64,000 nucleotides of DNA. Source: Octopus vulgaris (Eukaryota). Location of the stretch: positions 39,680,001 through 39,744,000 of the forward strand of contig OX597840.1 in the NCBI GenBank assembly GCA_951406725.2, read 5' to 3'. The position numbers were made by a program, and so were the translations under genes. Position 1 is the stretch's first letter. The number at the start of each line of letters is the position of its first letter. Positions 14,706 through 30,952 of this stretch are shown in pieces. The notes under the pieces are model-generated. The model was not told where the DNA came from and searched no databases. It saw only the letters and a list, made by a program, of their open reading frames with translations.

Positions 14706-15121
14706 ATATATATATATATATTCGCCAAACGAAAGGAAGTGAGAACTAGCGAGGAGACAGACAAATCTTTGGCAGAACCTACAATAAATGCTATTTCCCC
14801 TCTACACAAAAATTCTTTCCCAATCCATTGCAACTCACACGGGAGTAAACGAGTAAAGTATTGATTTGGTATATTCATACACAGACGCACGCACACACAC
14901 ATACACACACGCACATTTATAAATATATATATATATATTCATGCTCATGTATAAGTTTGGATTATGGATACATGTTTATTTGTACCCATAGGGTATTTAG
15001 CAGGATACCCCGATACACACATATATTTATACATGTAAACATTTTGTATACATATATATATGTATACATATATATATATATATGTATATATATTTATATG
15101 TATATATATATATGTATATAC

Positions 15122-15154
<33 letters not shown>

Positions 15155-15666
15155 TATATATATATATATACATATATTTATATATATATATTTATATACA
15201 CATATATATATATTTACATATATTGGCGTATCTTGTATATATACATACATTGGCATGTGATAATATACGTAAATACACCAATGCCCGTTACGTATATCCA
15301 TCATATATACATCATATATACATACTTACATAAGCATCCATAATAACCGCTAGAATTACTAAAACAACAATCGTACCGTTGGTAGTCAGTAAATCTATAG
15401 AAATCTGAAACTGATTTCATTGATCTCACGTTGATAAACGAGGGAACATCCGTTTTCCGGAGGAACTGACTGTGATTCCTGAGGAAAACGTTAAGCTATA
15501 CTAAACGGTTTCCGAATAAATTCTGCATTTCATCATGTTCGCAAGGTATTTACATTTACACTGGGAAGTAACCTTCATCGACATGTCTGACTATATAGCA
15601 TTGTCACATACACACACAACACACTCACAAACACACACGTACACATATACACACTGATGCGTACAT

Positions 15667-15743
<77 letters not shown>

Positions 15744-15892
15744 TGTTTATATATATATATATATATATTTATATATGTGCATATATAGATGTGCAAGCCT
15801 GTGTGGATGTTTGCTTACCTATCTACCAATCAACTTCTATATTTCCTTCAATCTGCATCTTTTTCTGGAACTTTCTCTCTCTCTCTCGCTCG

Positions 15893-15944
<52 letters not shown>

Positions 15945-16631
15945 GCACACATACATAAATGTATGAAAATGTAAATACATATATACATACATATATATGT
16001 TTATATAAACATGTACATACATATATTTATATATACATATGTGTGTATATACATGTATTTACATGTATATATGTATATCTATATATTTATCTCTCTATAG
16101 AAAGATAGATGGATAGATATATCTGTGTGTATTTCCGTGTGTTTGTGCATGTATATATAAATATGGATAGAGATCCATACATAGATACATACATATATAC
16201 ATAGATGCATACATACATAAATACACATACACACATACATTTATATATGCCTACATACATCCCGATAGCTATAGTGAGCTGTACACATATCTACACATGG
16301 ATATGTGTATACACTTGATAAACGTGATTCGAAAGAGACAAATTGGCGGTCAGTGTCGCCACATGATATTACGAAAATAACCAACCGAAAGAAGAGATAA
16401 TATTGCCAGGAGGAAGGATTCTTTCAAACACTCTATGAGAATCCGTCTTCGCTCTTACAACGACAGATGAAACATGTCGCTCGTGTTTGAGTGACTGGTT
16501 GTGTTGCGTTTTGGTCAATTTACTTTTTGTGTAGACCCACCTGACTCTGATATATTACCTGTGAGGGCATTTTGATATACAGAAAATATGAAAATCCAGC
16601 GCGCGCACACACACACACACACGTATATCAT

Positions 16632-16664
<33 letters not shown>

Positions 16665-16666
<2 letters not shown>

Positions 16667-16842
16667 CGAGATGTACTAGCATAGCGAGTGATTTGATCTG
16701 AGTTCGTGTGCTGAAATGAAAACAATTGCAGCGTGGAAGGTGTTTATAAGCCATTTAAGAAACACACAAAAGCCGTTCGATTCACTTCAACATTTAAGTT
16801 TAATTTGTCAAAATATTTTCGTCGCTTTAAGACCGCGACTGG

Positions 16843-16843
<1 letters not shown>
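16665..16843 (-). mobile_element. Truncated Penelope-type unit with the 3' half of a hammerhead
   Basis: Minus strand gtcgc ggtcttaaa gcgac GAAA atat TT tgaca; 5' core missing; bounded by (TA)n on both sides. Confidence 0.45.
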
Positions 16844-16898
<55 letters not shown>

Positions 16899-16900
16899 GA

Positions 16901-17056
16901 AAATAAAATGGAGGGAAAATAACAATAAGCCATTATGTAATTAGTTAAGAAACAATCGTAAACTCACCCTTTCTCTCACATTTCTTAACTAATTAAATAA
17001 TGGCTTCCTAGCGCAAAAAACACACTCCTCATTGTTGTTTTTCATCCATTTTGTTT
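16901..17056. repeat. Imperfect inverted repeat (hairpin remnant)
   Basis: 'aagccattatgtaattagttaagaaa' (16927-16952) pairs with 'tttcttaactaattaaataatggctt' (16981-17006); the outer arms also pair loosely. Confidence 0.8.
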
Positions 17057-17310
17057 ATGTTTGTATAAATCAAACTACGGTTTACCCGCCAAATTACCTG
17101 CTGCCGTATACCTTTTACTAAGGACTCTACCTACTGAAGTAATTACCAGGAGTGCCTTTGGATATATCTATACCTTAGAGTCACTAAACACCTCTAACTT
17201 GTACCGGTGTTGGTTGGTGGGTTTGTCTTCGTATTTAGCGGTTCTGCAAAAACAAAAAAACAGATAAAATGAGTACTATACATAAAAATATGTGCAGGCG
17301 GAGGCGGGTA

Positions 17311-17800
17311 TCTTTTATCCTTTACTTGTTTCAGTCAGTAGACTGTGGCCACGCTGGGGAACCGCCTTGAAAAGGTTTTAATAGAACAAATTGACCTCAG
17401 AACATCTTTTAATGCTTGGTATTTATTCTATTGGTTACTTTCGCCGAACCGCTAATTTACGAGGACGTAGACACACCAACACCGGTTCTCAAGTGGTGGT
17501 GGTAGTGGTGAACAAACATACACACATATATATACTGTATACTTCAGGCTTCTTTCAATTTCCGTCTACAAAATCCACTGACTAGGTTTTCGTTGGCCCG
17601 AGGCCAGAATACAAAAGACTTGCCCATGTTGCCATGCAGTGGGACTGATCTCAGAACCCTGTGACTGGAAAACTAACTTCTTGCCACACAGCCACGCTTG
17701 CACCTGTTTCTTCGACAAAAATTTTGTCTCTAAACCCGTCAAGGCGATGCTCCAGAATGACCACAGTCCACTGACTGCAACAAGTAAGCGATAAAAGATA
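17311..17800 (-). mobile_element. Old family A copy (minus, 17311-17705) plus a separate plus-strand tail fragment (17738-17800)
   Basis: Diverged matches to the family A head, body and tail. Confidence 0.8.
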
Positions 17801-19032
17801 AAACATAATTTTATAAATATTTTATTTCCAGCATCCCGCGAACCGCAACGGCAGTTTGTAATTTAAAGGGAAATTTAGTTGTTAATAGTAACCAGTCAAG
17901 CGAGTTCATTAAGGCTCACTCTCTCATTAACTCACCATGGATATTGTTACTTTCATACATCGCTTATATATTGTCTATTTCTCTCCTTTTAAAATGTCTG
18001 CATTTCAGGAACTCTGTGCTTCCCCACAAGTTATCACGCAAATTCCATTTCTAATTAATCTAATGTAAATTTCATTACTTCCAACAATTTATTTGATGGT
18101 TTCAGAAATTACTATTTAATATAGAAATGTGGAGCGTATGACAATATTTTATTGATAGCTAAGCGGTTTAGCGCTGTAAAAGTTTCAAGGTTGCATGCGA
18201 AATTATATTCAATACATAACATTATGCGTTCCTTGATAGAAGCTAACTGCTATGCAGTTGGATTTGAAGTGAAATAAATGATGAATATTTGAACACCTTT
18301 AACACACGGAATTAATTGCAGAGAGCAATGATAATAAATACATCAATACAGAAAAGTATTGTTAACATGACAAAAGTCCCCAACTATGTTTCGTATTTGG
18401 CATAGGCGGAGGCGTGTCTGTGGGGGTTAACGCGTTTGGTTTGTACCCACTTGGCTTTGGGTTCGGTTTCATTGTGTGCCACTTTTGAAGAAATTCTTCT
18501 ACTATAACACCGTGTTGACCAATATATTTTGAGTGAATTTCGTAGATAAAAACTGTGTGGACGCATATCATTATAAATAAAAACACACACATATACATAT
18601 ATTATATGCGTATTTATGCACGCATGCACATACGTATCTAATTAATTTTCGAACGTAGAACCTCGAAATTGATTAACACAATTGTTCAATATTTACATAT
18701 TTTCATTCATAGATTTATACATATTTCGAGGTACCCCGTTCCAAGGAAAAAGAAAAATATTTCGTCTTCTCGAAACTTTTCTAAATTCTTGGCTCCAATA
18801 TGTGTGTCTGCGTGTGAATTTGACTCGTATCGAAATTTCTGGCACCATGACGCGAAATATATATCGAAGGGAACACTGAAGCAATAGGGTGCTTTCAGCA
18901 CGTTTACCATAAGAGAAATATTTTCTTTGCGATAAGCGCAGTGAATTTGTCTTTTAACTGTTGAAACATGTCACAAACATTTTAACTAAACTAAACTTTG
19001 CTTATGCCAAAGCACTGCTACGCGCAAACATT

Positions 19033-19528
<496 letters not shown>

Positions 19529-19546
19529 TATATATATATATATATA

Positions 19547-19960
19547 GGCGCAGGAGTGGCTGTGTGGTAAGTAGCTTCCTAACCAACCACATGGTTCCGG
19601 GTTCAGTCCCACTGCGTGGCACCTTGGGCAAGTGTCTTCTGCTATAGCCCCGGGCCGACCAATGCCTTGTGAGTGGATTTGGTAGACGGAAACTGAAAGA
19701 AGCCTGTCGTATATATGTATATATATATATGTATGTGTGTGTTTGTGTGTCTGTGTTTGTCCCCCTAGCATTGCTTTACACCCGATGCTGGTGTGTTTAC
19801 GTCCCCGTCACTTAGCGGTTCGGCAAAAAAGACCGATAGAATAAGTACTGGGCTCACAAAGAATAAGTCCCGGGGTCGATTTGCTCGACTAAAAGGCGGT
19901 GCTCCAGCATGGCCGCAGTCAAATGACTGAAACAAGTAAAAGAGTAAAAAAGTAAAGAGA
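19547..19960 (+). mobile_element. SINE family A, full length
   Basis: Complete; follows family C in the same TA tract. Confidence 0.97.
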
Positions 19961-19982
19961 ATATATATATTATACATGTATA

Positions 19983-20013
<31 letters not shown>

Positions 20014-20067
20014 CATACATACATACATACATACATACATACATACATACATACATACATACATACA

Positions 20068-20099
<32 letters not shown>

Positions 20100-21147
20100 A
20101 CAAGGACAGATGGCTGCAGCACCAGACCATAAAGAATGTAAATATTGCGGGACGATTTCTGCGGCTAATTCTTGTGGCATGACCACAAGCTAGAGACCAG
20201 TGGCCGAAACACGCAAAAGAGAAAAGATACAACGATTTTGAATGTTTAGCATCGACACCAAAGTGGGTTTCGCATGGAATTCCTTCTTTATGGTTAATAA
20301 TCTACTCTGTACTTTTGTTTGGCCTCATTCCTGTAACTGAAACAAATTAAAGGAAAAGCGATATGATATTGGTCGGAATATAAATACAAAGAGATGGCAG
20401 TGATGACAGTGCATCGAACAAATATGTTTGCATTGCAAACGGAAGTAAAGACGCTTCGCAGACAAATTCCCATTGAGTTCCTTCGTCACGTTTGATGATC
20501 ATCCAATCAAAGCCGTACCATTCCAAGGTAAATTTTTTAAGGAGTAGAGACTAATAAATTTGCTTGCCGCTGAAATAAATTAAACTAAATTTTTGAAGAT
20601 GGATTCGCTCATCGTTATTTTGCTAGTCGCGAAGCAGAATTGAAATTAATTTTCAAAATATTCCTGACAGACAAATGATAACCGGATTAAAAGCATTAAT
20701 ATTGACGCTCTTGTGTATTTTGTTTCAAAGATGAAATTCTACTCGATCGATTTTTAATTTCCCATTCCCTGTGTTTTATAAACATTTTGACAGAAATGGT
20801 GTATAATCATGTTGTTACATTGGATGGAACTTTAACTCAGGAAACATTTCTGATAATGGTGAAGAATTATTATTATGATTAATATAATAATTAGAGCAGA
20901 GAGTTTGCCAGAACAAATAAAGCACCTGACCAAAATTCATTGCAGCGGCAAGTTCTACGTTCAAATCCTGCTGGAGACAAATTTACCTTTGTATATATTT
21001 ATATATATATATATGTGTGAGAGTGTGTGTGTGTGTGTGAGTGTCTATGTGTGTGTCTGTGTGTGTGTGTGTATGTGTGTGTGTGTGTGTGTGTATGAAA
21101 AAATGGTCAAGATAGAAAATGCTAAAATAATTTTATAAAAAACATTT

Positions 21148-21183
21148 CAGTTCCGGTTTCATTCATTGAGACTTTTTCAACTG
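21148..21183 (-). ncRNA. Degenerate minimal hammerhead motif, U3-A8 core
   Basis: cag-TTGAAAA-agtc tcaat gaat-GAAA-ccgg-aa-ctg; U16.1 and one stem II pair are lost. Confidence 0.45.
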
Positions 21184-21377
21184 TAAGTATGGAAAACAAT
21201 TAAATTTAGAAAAATTAAAAGAAATTTTTTTTTTTAAGAATATTTGTATAGTGTTCAAATACAAGTGGCATTTTCCTTGTCTCTGTCTGTCTCTGTCTCT
21301 CTTGTTTACTCTTGTGGGTTCGAGATGTGTGTGTATGTGTGTGTATAATCACACTTTACATACAGACACACACACAC

Positions 21378-21409
<32 letters not shown>

Positions 21410-21711
21410 TTATATGTATAGTGAGAAAAAGGAGGCAGTCAGAATTTTGGATAATTCTTTATTAACGTTTCCGTTCGTTTTTGCAACTTATCAAGACAAA
21501 ATCAAAATCAGAATGTTAAGAACAAAACGTTTTATTGTTCGGATACTTTCTTTTGCTTTATTTAGAACTCAAGAATATTCTTTTAGTCTTTTTTTTTTTT
21601 TTTGGAAAAATGGGAGGGAGTGTTAGAAAAGCAAAGAGGCGGGGGGAAATAGATAGGGAGAGAGGTTGCAGGATAATCAAGAAAGAGGGGAAAATAAGAA
21701 GAATGGGGAAA

Positions 21712-21712
21712 G

Positions 21713-21810
<98 letters not shown>

Positions 21811-21811
21811 C

Positions 21812-21854
<43 letters not shown>

Positions 21855-21857
21855 GAC

Positions 21858-21938
<81 letters not shown>
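21712..21938. repeat. (GATA)n
   Basis: Directly visible. Confidence 0.98.
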
Positions 21939-21940
<2 letters not shown>

Positions 21941-22079
21941 GAAGGGGTGTTCTTTTCAATTTTATGTAGTCATGTCATTAAAACTTCATTACAAAGCATT
22001 TTTCCTTTTTACTTATCCTTTCTTTATTTCTTTTCATTGTATACCTATCAACATATTTGTGAATAAATACATTTTCTTG

Positions 22080-22958
22080 CAAGGGTAGGTGACCTTTCAA
22101 AGATGTCATGTTTAGGAAGTAGGATGGAAAAAAAAGAAAAATGGGGAGGGCGCTGTCAACACTGAAAATTTTAAAAAGAGTTCAAAGTACTATGACTCAA
22201 AGACTTCCTAATGAAGCAGAAATACCCCTTAAGATTAATAAATGAGGGGATGAAGCTGAGAATCAAATAACTAAGGGAACCAAAGGAGAAAGGTTAATGA
22301 ACGCAGGATTCCATTTATTAATACGTACAATCCTGGCGTAGCCAACATCTTTCACGACATAAAATCAAGCCTACGAATACTTCTCTAAAGTCCCAAAATA
22401 AAAAATCTGATTAATAAAAAATGCTTACGAAACAGTAGACCCCAACCAAAAAATCCCTAAAGCATCTCAGAAGAGAATGAATAAGAATGCTATTCTCTGT
22501 ACAGAAATGTGGAGGAAGTAGATGTGAAACAAGCAACATCAACTTTAAATATTTAGAAAGTGATTCCCATATAAAATTCAAGGGCGGATTCACGTTCAAA
22601 TAAATGCAGATATGAACTAAAAGATGCAGAATCTCATATATTCCATTACTTTCCTCAACTGCAAGTAAAATTACATTGGCGAAACAAAAAATTCCCTTTG
22701 CCAACGTGCAAGAATCCACAGACAACAGACCCGACAAGAGGAATTGCGCAAGATTCTAATGAGCAAGCTTCTAGAAAGATGCGGTGAAGGAAAGTTCAAA
22801 ATATTTCCCTTTTACAAATGCAAAACATGAAATTACACAGAATATGGGACTTGACTATACAAGGGTAAAGGAATTTACATTTTCATAGGAATTTGAACTT
22901 TGAACCCTTTTTTTTATTTTTCAGTGATGACCACACCTTTCCCCCATTTCTTACTTTT
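22080..22958 (+). mobile_element. Penelope-like retroelement 3' remnant (RT thumb, Cys linker, GIY-YIG endonuclease) with a 5' inverted copy of its 3' UTR
   Basis: Frameshifted translation of about 22215-22830: RIPFINTYNPGVANIF..RNSRPQPKN..VQKCGGSRCET..NLIYSITFLNCK*NYIGETK..QRARIHRQQ..KFKIFPFYKC; 22128-22195 is an imperfect reverse complement of 22884-22958. Confidence 0.88.
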
Positions 22959-24338
22959 AAAAAATTATTACCGATTCACCCAGTGACTTCAGCCAGGATC
23001 TGTATGATCCTTGGAGGGGCCTATGGGATTCTGTAGTTAAAATTTTGGTACAATAAATTGCTGATACCTTCTTCAATGTATAAAATATTCTAGCAATTAC
23101 GGTTATGCATTGGTTTTGCAAGATTTCTCATAGGAATTCGTGTGTTGAAACATATATTATTATATTTCGATACCGTCGTTCTTTTTTGATTTGCCAAATA
23201 AACTTGCGCTATACACTCGTCCTTCACTTTAGATATATTATTGTTTTTAATTTACAGTCTTTTGACTAAAATCTTTCGTCGCACATCCTGTGACCACTTC
23301 AGCGATTATCCATCACACGTGTCTGCTCCTTTTCTAAAAGAGAAATAACACATTGCTAAATCTCTCAGAGACTTTCGTACAGTAGTAACACGATAAAGAG
23401 GTGGCATGTTGCCAACTTAATGTGACAGTCCCATGAAAGGGAATAATTTACTGCTGTTTGGCCCTAGGAAGCACAGATTCCTGTCGGCCTTGACACATTT
23501 CCTGTGTCCGTATGTTTAATCCGTTCCTTTTTAGTACATCCCGTCTTTCTAAAAACAGAATATAAAGTGAAGAACGAACATATAGCAAAACGAAAAATAT
23601 TGACCATCACGAAATATAACAAAATTCTAAGAATTTCTTGAATATAATACCTAATGATATTTAATTCTAAATATACCATACGATGTTTAAAAATCGAATG
23701 GATATGGGGGCCCACCCGAGCTAAATATAAATTAAATGGGGTCCTTTATTCAAGGGACTGAGTATACACACACATAGGGATAGAACTAAATAACGGCAGG
23801 CATTGATTCTTTCTCTTGTAAAATTTCTGTCACGATAACAGCGACAACATGAACAAAACCAAGAATATCCACGTTTGCATTCGTTAAATGTTAGCCCATG
23901 TGATCTTTCGTTTGCATATTAATGTTGCATTTAATAAGAATGATAATTATATATCAGCCTGATTATTTTAATTTGTGTACGATTAGATCAATCTTAATTA
24001 CAAGTAATTTTGTTTACTACAGATAAACATACAAACATACATACATGCGAAAATAAATTTGCATGTGCACATTAAATATACGTGCACACACACACACACA
24101 GATATATACATACATATCCACAAACACAAATATATGCATATATGCATATATATGTCCGTGTGTGTATGTGTGTATGCATATTTTATGCATATTAGTGTGT
24201 GTGTAATTTACTTCATAGAAATACAAGCACATTTATGCAGGCACGGTTCACAAAATTTACATTATAAATCATATGTGTGTGTGTGTGTGCATTATGCATG
24301 TACATATGTGTTTTTGCGTGTGTGTATATAAATGTACA

Positions 24339-24371
<33 letters not shown>

Positions 24372-24440
24372 TTACATACATGCGCACACACGTAAATAAG
24401 TACTTGCTCACATATTCATACGCATACCAACACACATTTA

Positions 24441-24613
<173 letters not shown>

Positions 24614-25493
24614 ATATACCTATATATATATATGTATGTATCTATGTATATATATATAAATATATATATATCATATGTACGTATGATAAGTACATGTGCG
24701 TGAATGTGCTCGTACGTGCGTGTATGCGTTAACGCTGTGTATCTATCTCCGTAATTATACGTGTGTATATTCATCACATTTTCCCCTCAGATCTTGTTTT
24801 CCTAACAATCTCAGCCGTTTTCTCTTGGTTTGGGAACATATCACAAAATAATAACATAGAAAAACTGAAAAATAAATGAGAGCAAATTATTCGTTAATTG
24901 CTTAGTGGTAAACCTGATTGTTTGTCACGCAAAATTTTCATTTATATCTGTCATACTAATTGTCTCTTCGAATTATCGATGTCAATAGAATTTGTAATTC
25001 GTAAGAATTGCAATGGATACATCTCATTCCAAATTATATATTTAATATTTCACAAAAATGGAGAGCATCATCTTATTAATTACACATGTCGATTTAAGCT
25101 GTGGTGGTGGAGTTGTTTTTGGCTTAGATTTTATCTGGTACTGTATTTCATAGAAGTAGGCGAAAATTTCCCATACATTATGGCAGATGTCCACTTTACA
25201 TCGATGTATGCGTGGGCATATACATATATATGTATATATGTATAGACTACATATATACTATATAGATATGCTATATATATGTACATATATATATACTATA
25301 TATATATATGTATATCTATGTATATGTACATATATGAGTGTGTGTGTGTATGTGTGAATAATATGTGTGTATATATGTACACATACGTTCTTTGTAAATG
25401 GACTCTTATCGCAGTTCGAACCTGGGGTCAGATCAATTCGTTTGTTTACATCTTGCTAAACCAAGTTTGTCCTACTCGTCAGAGACAGAAAGC

Positions 25494-25531
<38 letters not shown>

Positions 25532-25846
25532 GAGAGAGAGAGAGAGTGAGAGAGAGAGATAGACAGACAGAGAGATATATAGATAGATACATACATATAT
25601 GCATAGAGAGAGTGTGCGAGAGACAGACAGAAAAAATAGACAGAGAGAGAGAGAATCAAACAGACAGACAGAGACAGGTAGACACAGAGAGATAGACAGA
25701 CAGACATTGATAGACAGACAAACAGTGATCACGTGATGACGAAGAAAACACGAAATTTGAGAGTCTCAAATCGTAGCTGGAGAAACCGCTTAAAAACTAT
25801 TTACTCGCGTAAACAAGGCTCAGTCTTGACTTGATATTCCTACCAA

Positions 25847-26263
25847 TACTCTCTTTTTACTCTTTTTACTTGTTTCAGTCATTTGACTGCGGCCATGCTG
25901 GAGCACCGCCTTTAGTCGAGCAACTCGACCCCGGGACTTATTCTTTGTAAGCCCAGTACTTATTCTATCGGTCTCTTTTGCCGAACCGCTAAGTGACGGG
26001 GACGTAAACACACCAGCATCAGTTGTCAAGCAATGCTAGGGGAACAAACACAGACACACAAACATATTCACACACACTTATATATATATATACATATATA
26101 CGGCAGGCTTCTTTCAGTTTCCATCTACCAAATCCACTCACAAGGCATTGGTCGGCCTGGGGCTATAGCAGAAGACACGTGCCCAAGATGCCACGCAGTG
26201 GGACTGAACCCGGAACCATGTGGCTGGCTAGCAAGCTACTTACCACACAGCCACTCCTGCGCC
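25847..26263 (-). mobile_element. SINE family A, full length
   Basis: Complete reverse-complement match. Confidence 0.97.
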
Positions 26264-26706
26264 AATGCTGATTTTCTTTTCGTCCATTAGCCCTTTTCTG
26301 AGGGAAATCTAATAACATACCAGTCATTTATTGGTGTCGGTTAACACCAACTAACAATGTCTCGCCTGCAACTAATCTTATCCTACCAACCAAATATGGC
26401 GTCGTCTTGCGCCTGTGTTCGACTTCATTATAACACTTCCAGTAATGATAGATATTCTGAGGTAATTGATGGTGGAGGTGTTTTTTTAAATTGCTTCCAA
26501 CATTTCTTTATTGGAATTTCGTTTGGTCTACGTCATGTTTTTTCGCTTTGTGTTTCTTGTTCTATATTTTTTTTTTATAATTTTTTGTGATATATGTTTT
26601 GTTATTTTTCTTCTATCGTGGTTGTCTGTGTTATTCGTTCGTTGCTGGAGAGGCAGTCTACCATTTATTTAAGACTTTTTCATGCTTAATGTAACATATA
26701 ATTTGT

Positions 26707-26772
<66 letters not shown>

Positions 26773-26923
26773 TATATGTTTTCATTTATATATACATATA
26801 TATGTAATATATATGTTTGTGTATACATATGTATATATATATGTTTATATATATATATATATGAATATACGTCATGTCTTTATTTATATATACACATATA
26901 TGTTTGTGTATATATATATATTG

Positions 26924-26970
<47 letters not shown>

Positions 26971-28148
26971 ATATACATATATATATAAGCACAAATATAT
27001 TGTATATATATATTAATATATGTATGTATATAATCATATGCACATACATGTACATATATATATATATATATATACATATGTATGTATATATACACACACA
27101 TATATATACATATATATATATGCATATACACATACACACGTATATATATATATAGAGAGAGATAGATATATACATATATATACATACATATATATTTATA
27201 TATTAGTACGCATATATGTACACTTACATATATACAAATATATATATATATATATACATATATATATACCTCACGCCTCCACATTCCCACCTATATCCAC
27301 ACGCATAATCTAATAGAATTTAGTAGAGGTTGTAAATAGTGTTAATAAAGTCTCTACTACATCTCTAGTTAGTCAGGATGTTTGATGCTATAAAGCGGCT
27401 ATAAATAACATATTTTCTTCTGTCACTTATTTTATTTTTTATTGTTTGTTAATAGTTTTAATGTCTGAAACTACAAAAATACCAAACCAAGATTTATTTT
27501 ATTTTTAATTAAATTCCCCAAGAGTTGTCGGTGCTGTGTTGTGTTTTTCTTTTTCTCGTGTGTTGTTGTTGTACTTGATGTTGCGGAGGCCCTGGACGTC
27601 TTTGATCGAGCAGACGTGTTTAACCAACGTCTTCCCACAATGAACGCTACACATTTACTTTTCCATGGAACCCTGTGAATACCATTCTACTAACATTTAC
27701 CATTTATTCTTTGGTCATTGTTTCTCGCTGTTTTCAGATTTGGTAAAGCAAATTATAGATGACCACCCTGTTTTAAATTTTTGTTTAGCAAAGAAAAGGT
27801 TTTCATTACTCGTTGAGTATTTTTTTCTAAAAATTGAAGGTAAGATTTGAGGGTGACATGACTGTTACTTTTAGCAGGTCTAGCGGGGAATCTAATAGAC
27901 GATTTCTGTTATTGGTGTTGTTGATGTTGTTAGTGTTGGTAGTGTTGGTGAAAATAGCTGTGGTCGCTGCGGTATTTCATATTACTGTTTAACTACAAGA
28001 ATCTCTTTAAATATTTATTTCAAATTCAGCCAGAAGTCCCAAAATTTCGGGGAGAATTCATTATATATGTGTGCTTGCGCGCGTGTATGTATGTATATAT
28101 GTATATATAATATATATATATATAAATATATATATATACATATATATA

Positions 28149-28602
<454 letters not shown>

Positions 28603-28611
28603 GTAGATAGA

Positions 28612-28775
28612 GGATTGATCGCTAGCCACTACAGATTGTTTATTTTATATTTTATGTGGAAGAGCGGATACTCGAAACATTAAAGATTTTTTCACTCCCT
28701 GGGCGTTAAACTGATACATCTGTTTCTTGTCTACACCACCTGTCCTCGTCTTTTGTTTTCTGTGAATTCTACCTA
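28612..28775 (+). mobile_element. Penelope-type 3' fragment with a degenerate hammerhead-like motif (related to 44475 and 42535)
   Basis: 'tgtggaagagcggatactcgaaacattaaag..gtctacaccacctgtcctcgtcttttgttttctgtgaattct' is shared with 44488-44625. Confidence 0.55.
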
Positions 28776-28854
28776 TATATGCACATACATACATATATAT
28801 ATATCTGTACATACATACATATATATATACATATGCATGTGTGTATTTTTGTGT

Positions 28855-29063
28855 GTGTCTGTGTTTGTCATCCCAACATCGCTTGACAACCGATGCTGGT
28901 GTGTTTGCGTCCTCGTAATCTAGAGGTTCGGCGAAAGAGACCGATAGTGTAACTACCAGGCTTACAAGGAATAAGTCCTGGGGTCGATTTGTTCGACTAA
29001 AGGCGGAGCTCCAGCCTGGCCGCAGTCTAATGACTGAAACAAGTAAATGAAAATAATAAAAGA
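28855..29063 (+). mobile_element. SINE family A, 3' half
   Basis: Body after the microsatellite plus tail. Confidence 0.92.
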
Positions 29064-29095
29064 ATACACATTTATACCTCTGACTATATATATGC

Positions 29096-29228
<133 letters not shown>

Positions 29229-29798
29229 AGTGTGTGTGTGTGTATTTGTATTTCTGCTTTGCTAGCTTGTGTAATTTGTAAATTTTGTACACAGCCATGA
29301 AGCGTTCTGTTTCATGGCGCGGTGTGCTGCGTGGTTCTCATTAGTTGTGACGTGGAACATGAAGTGTGACATCAGCACCCTTTCATCTCATCTATTATTG
29401 AGACCTGATTTTCTGTTTAATTTCCTGCATTTCTTACTTTTTAATTTGTATTTCATTTTTTTTTTCTTTTTTGCAATTTTTATTTCATATTTTTTTTTTC
29501 ATCGAATTTCCTCTTCGATTCAAATATTTCATCCTATTAATTCAATCGAATATCTTCATATTTACTCCCAATTTTAGGCGTTTTTTTCTTTTTTATTGGT
29601 TTGCTTGTTTTTGTTTATATTTTTTACCTTTTGTATTTTTTCTTTTTTTTTTTTTGGCATTTTTGTTACCTGTTTCCATTTTTTTTCTTCTTGGATTTGT
29701 TTGTTTGTTTTTATTCTTTCGTTTTATTCACTTTATATATTTTTGTGGGCTGGACATTTTAGAATGTTTATTTTTACATCAATGTATTTATAACAAAA

Positions 29799-29880
<82 letters not shown>

Positions 29881-29882
29881 CA

Positions 29883-29918
<36 letters not shown>

Positions 29919-29926
29919 TATGTGTG

Positions 29927-29974
<48 letters not shown>

Positions 29975-29994
29975 CATACATACATACATACATA

Positions 29995-30032
<38 letters not shown>

Positions 30033-30264
30033 GAAAAATACGCTTATTCAGGTCAAATTAAACATCACCATCACCAACATGATCATCACAATTATTCCTA
30101 TCATCACCATTGACATTGGCGTTGTTGTTGTCGTTGCTGTTGTTGTTGTCGTTGTTGTTGTCGTTGCTGTTGTTGTTGTTGTTGTTGTTATTGGTATCAG
30201 TTACAGAGAAGCTATTTACAATTGACTCCAAACTACTTGCTTCATACGACGAGACACACTGCCA

Positions 30265-30310
<46 letters not shown>

Positions 30311-30714
30311 TACACAGATACACATTACATATAAATGTATATCGTGTGTGTTGCTATGTATGCAAGTCTATGTGTGTGTATAGATGTCTGAGTGTGTATA
30401 CCTATATGTAGGTATGCATATTTTTCAAAATGTGAATATATTAATCACCAGCGGAACAGACAACTTTCAAAGTGTCAGGCAATGGGTAAATGCCACCCTC
30501 AGAATAAATAATTCCTCCTTATTTTTCGTTTATTATATAGTCACGTGGTCAGACCTATTGAGCTGAACAGTGCAATAGCAGGCATCGACCCCAATATTTC
30601 ACAGTTACTTTGTTTTATCACACCCCAGATTTTTGACAGGTAAATTTCAGTTCCTGGTCGGAGTGATTTTTAATCTGTGCATTGAGACTTGGGCGTTACC
30701 CGATTTACTAACCA

Positions 30715-30952
30715 ATTCCATATCGCTCTTTCGTTTTGGTTTTAAATGTTGGATCATGGCTAGTAATCTTATTCGAAGGGATTAATCGATTACATCTACC
30801 TTATTCCTCACCTGGTATTTATTTTATCGAACTGAGACGATAAAACGGCGAAGTCGATATCAGCGGAATTTGAACATGGATCGTAAAGATGGAGAAAGTT
30901 CAGTTAAGCATTTTTGCCCGGCGTGCTACCGATTCCTCCAGCACGCCGCCTC
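30715..30952 (-). mobile_element. SINE family D, old subfamily
   Basis: 'aagtcgatatcagcggaatttgaac..aagcatttttgcccggcgtgctaccgattcctccagcacgccgcc'. Confidence 0.8.

Noticed and set aside
23264-23308. Additional hammerhead-like motif on the minus strand (ctgaagt..gtcaca ggatg tgcgac gaaa gatt tt)
   Set aside because: A9 missing, stems I and III do not pair well; too decayed to call.
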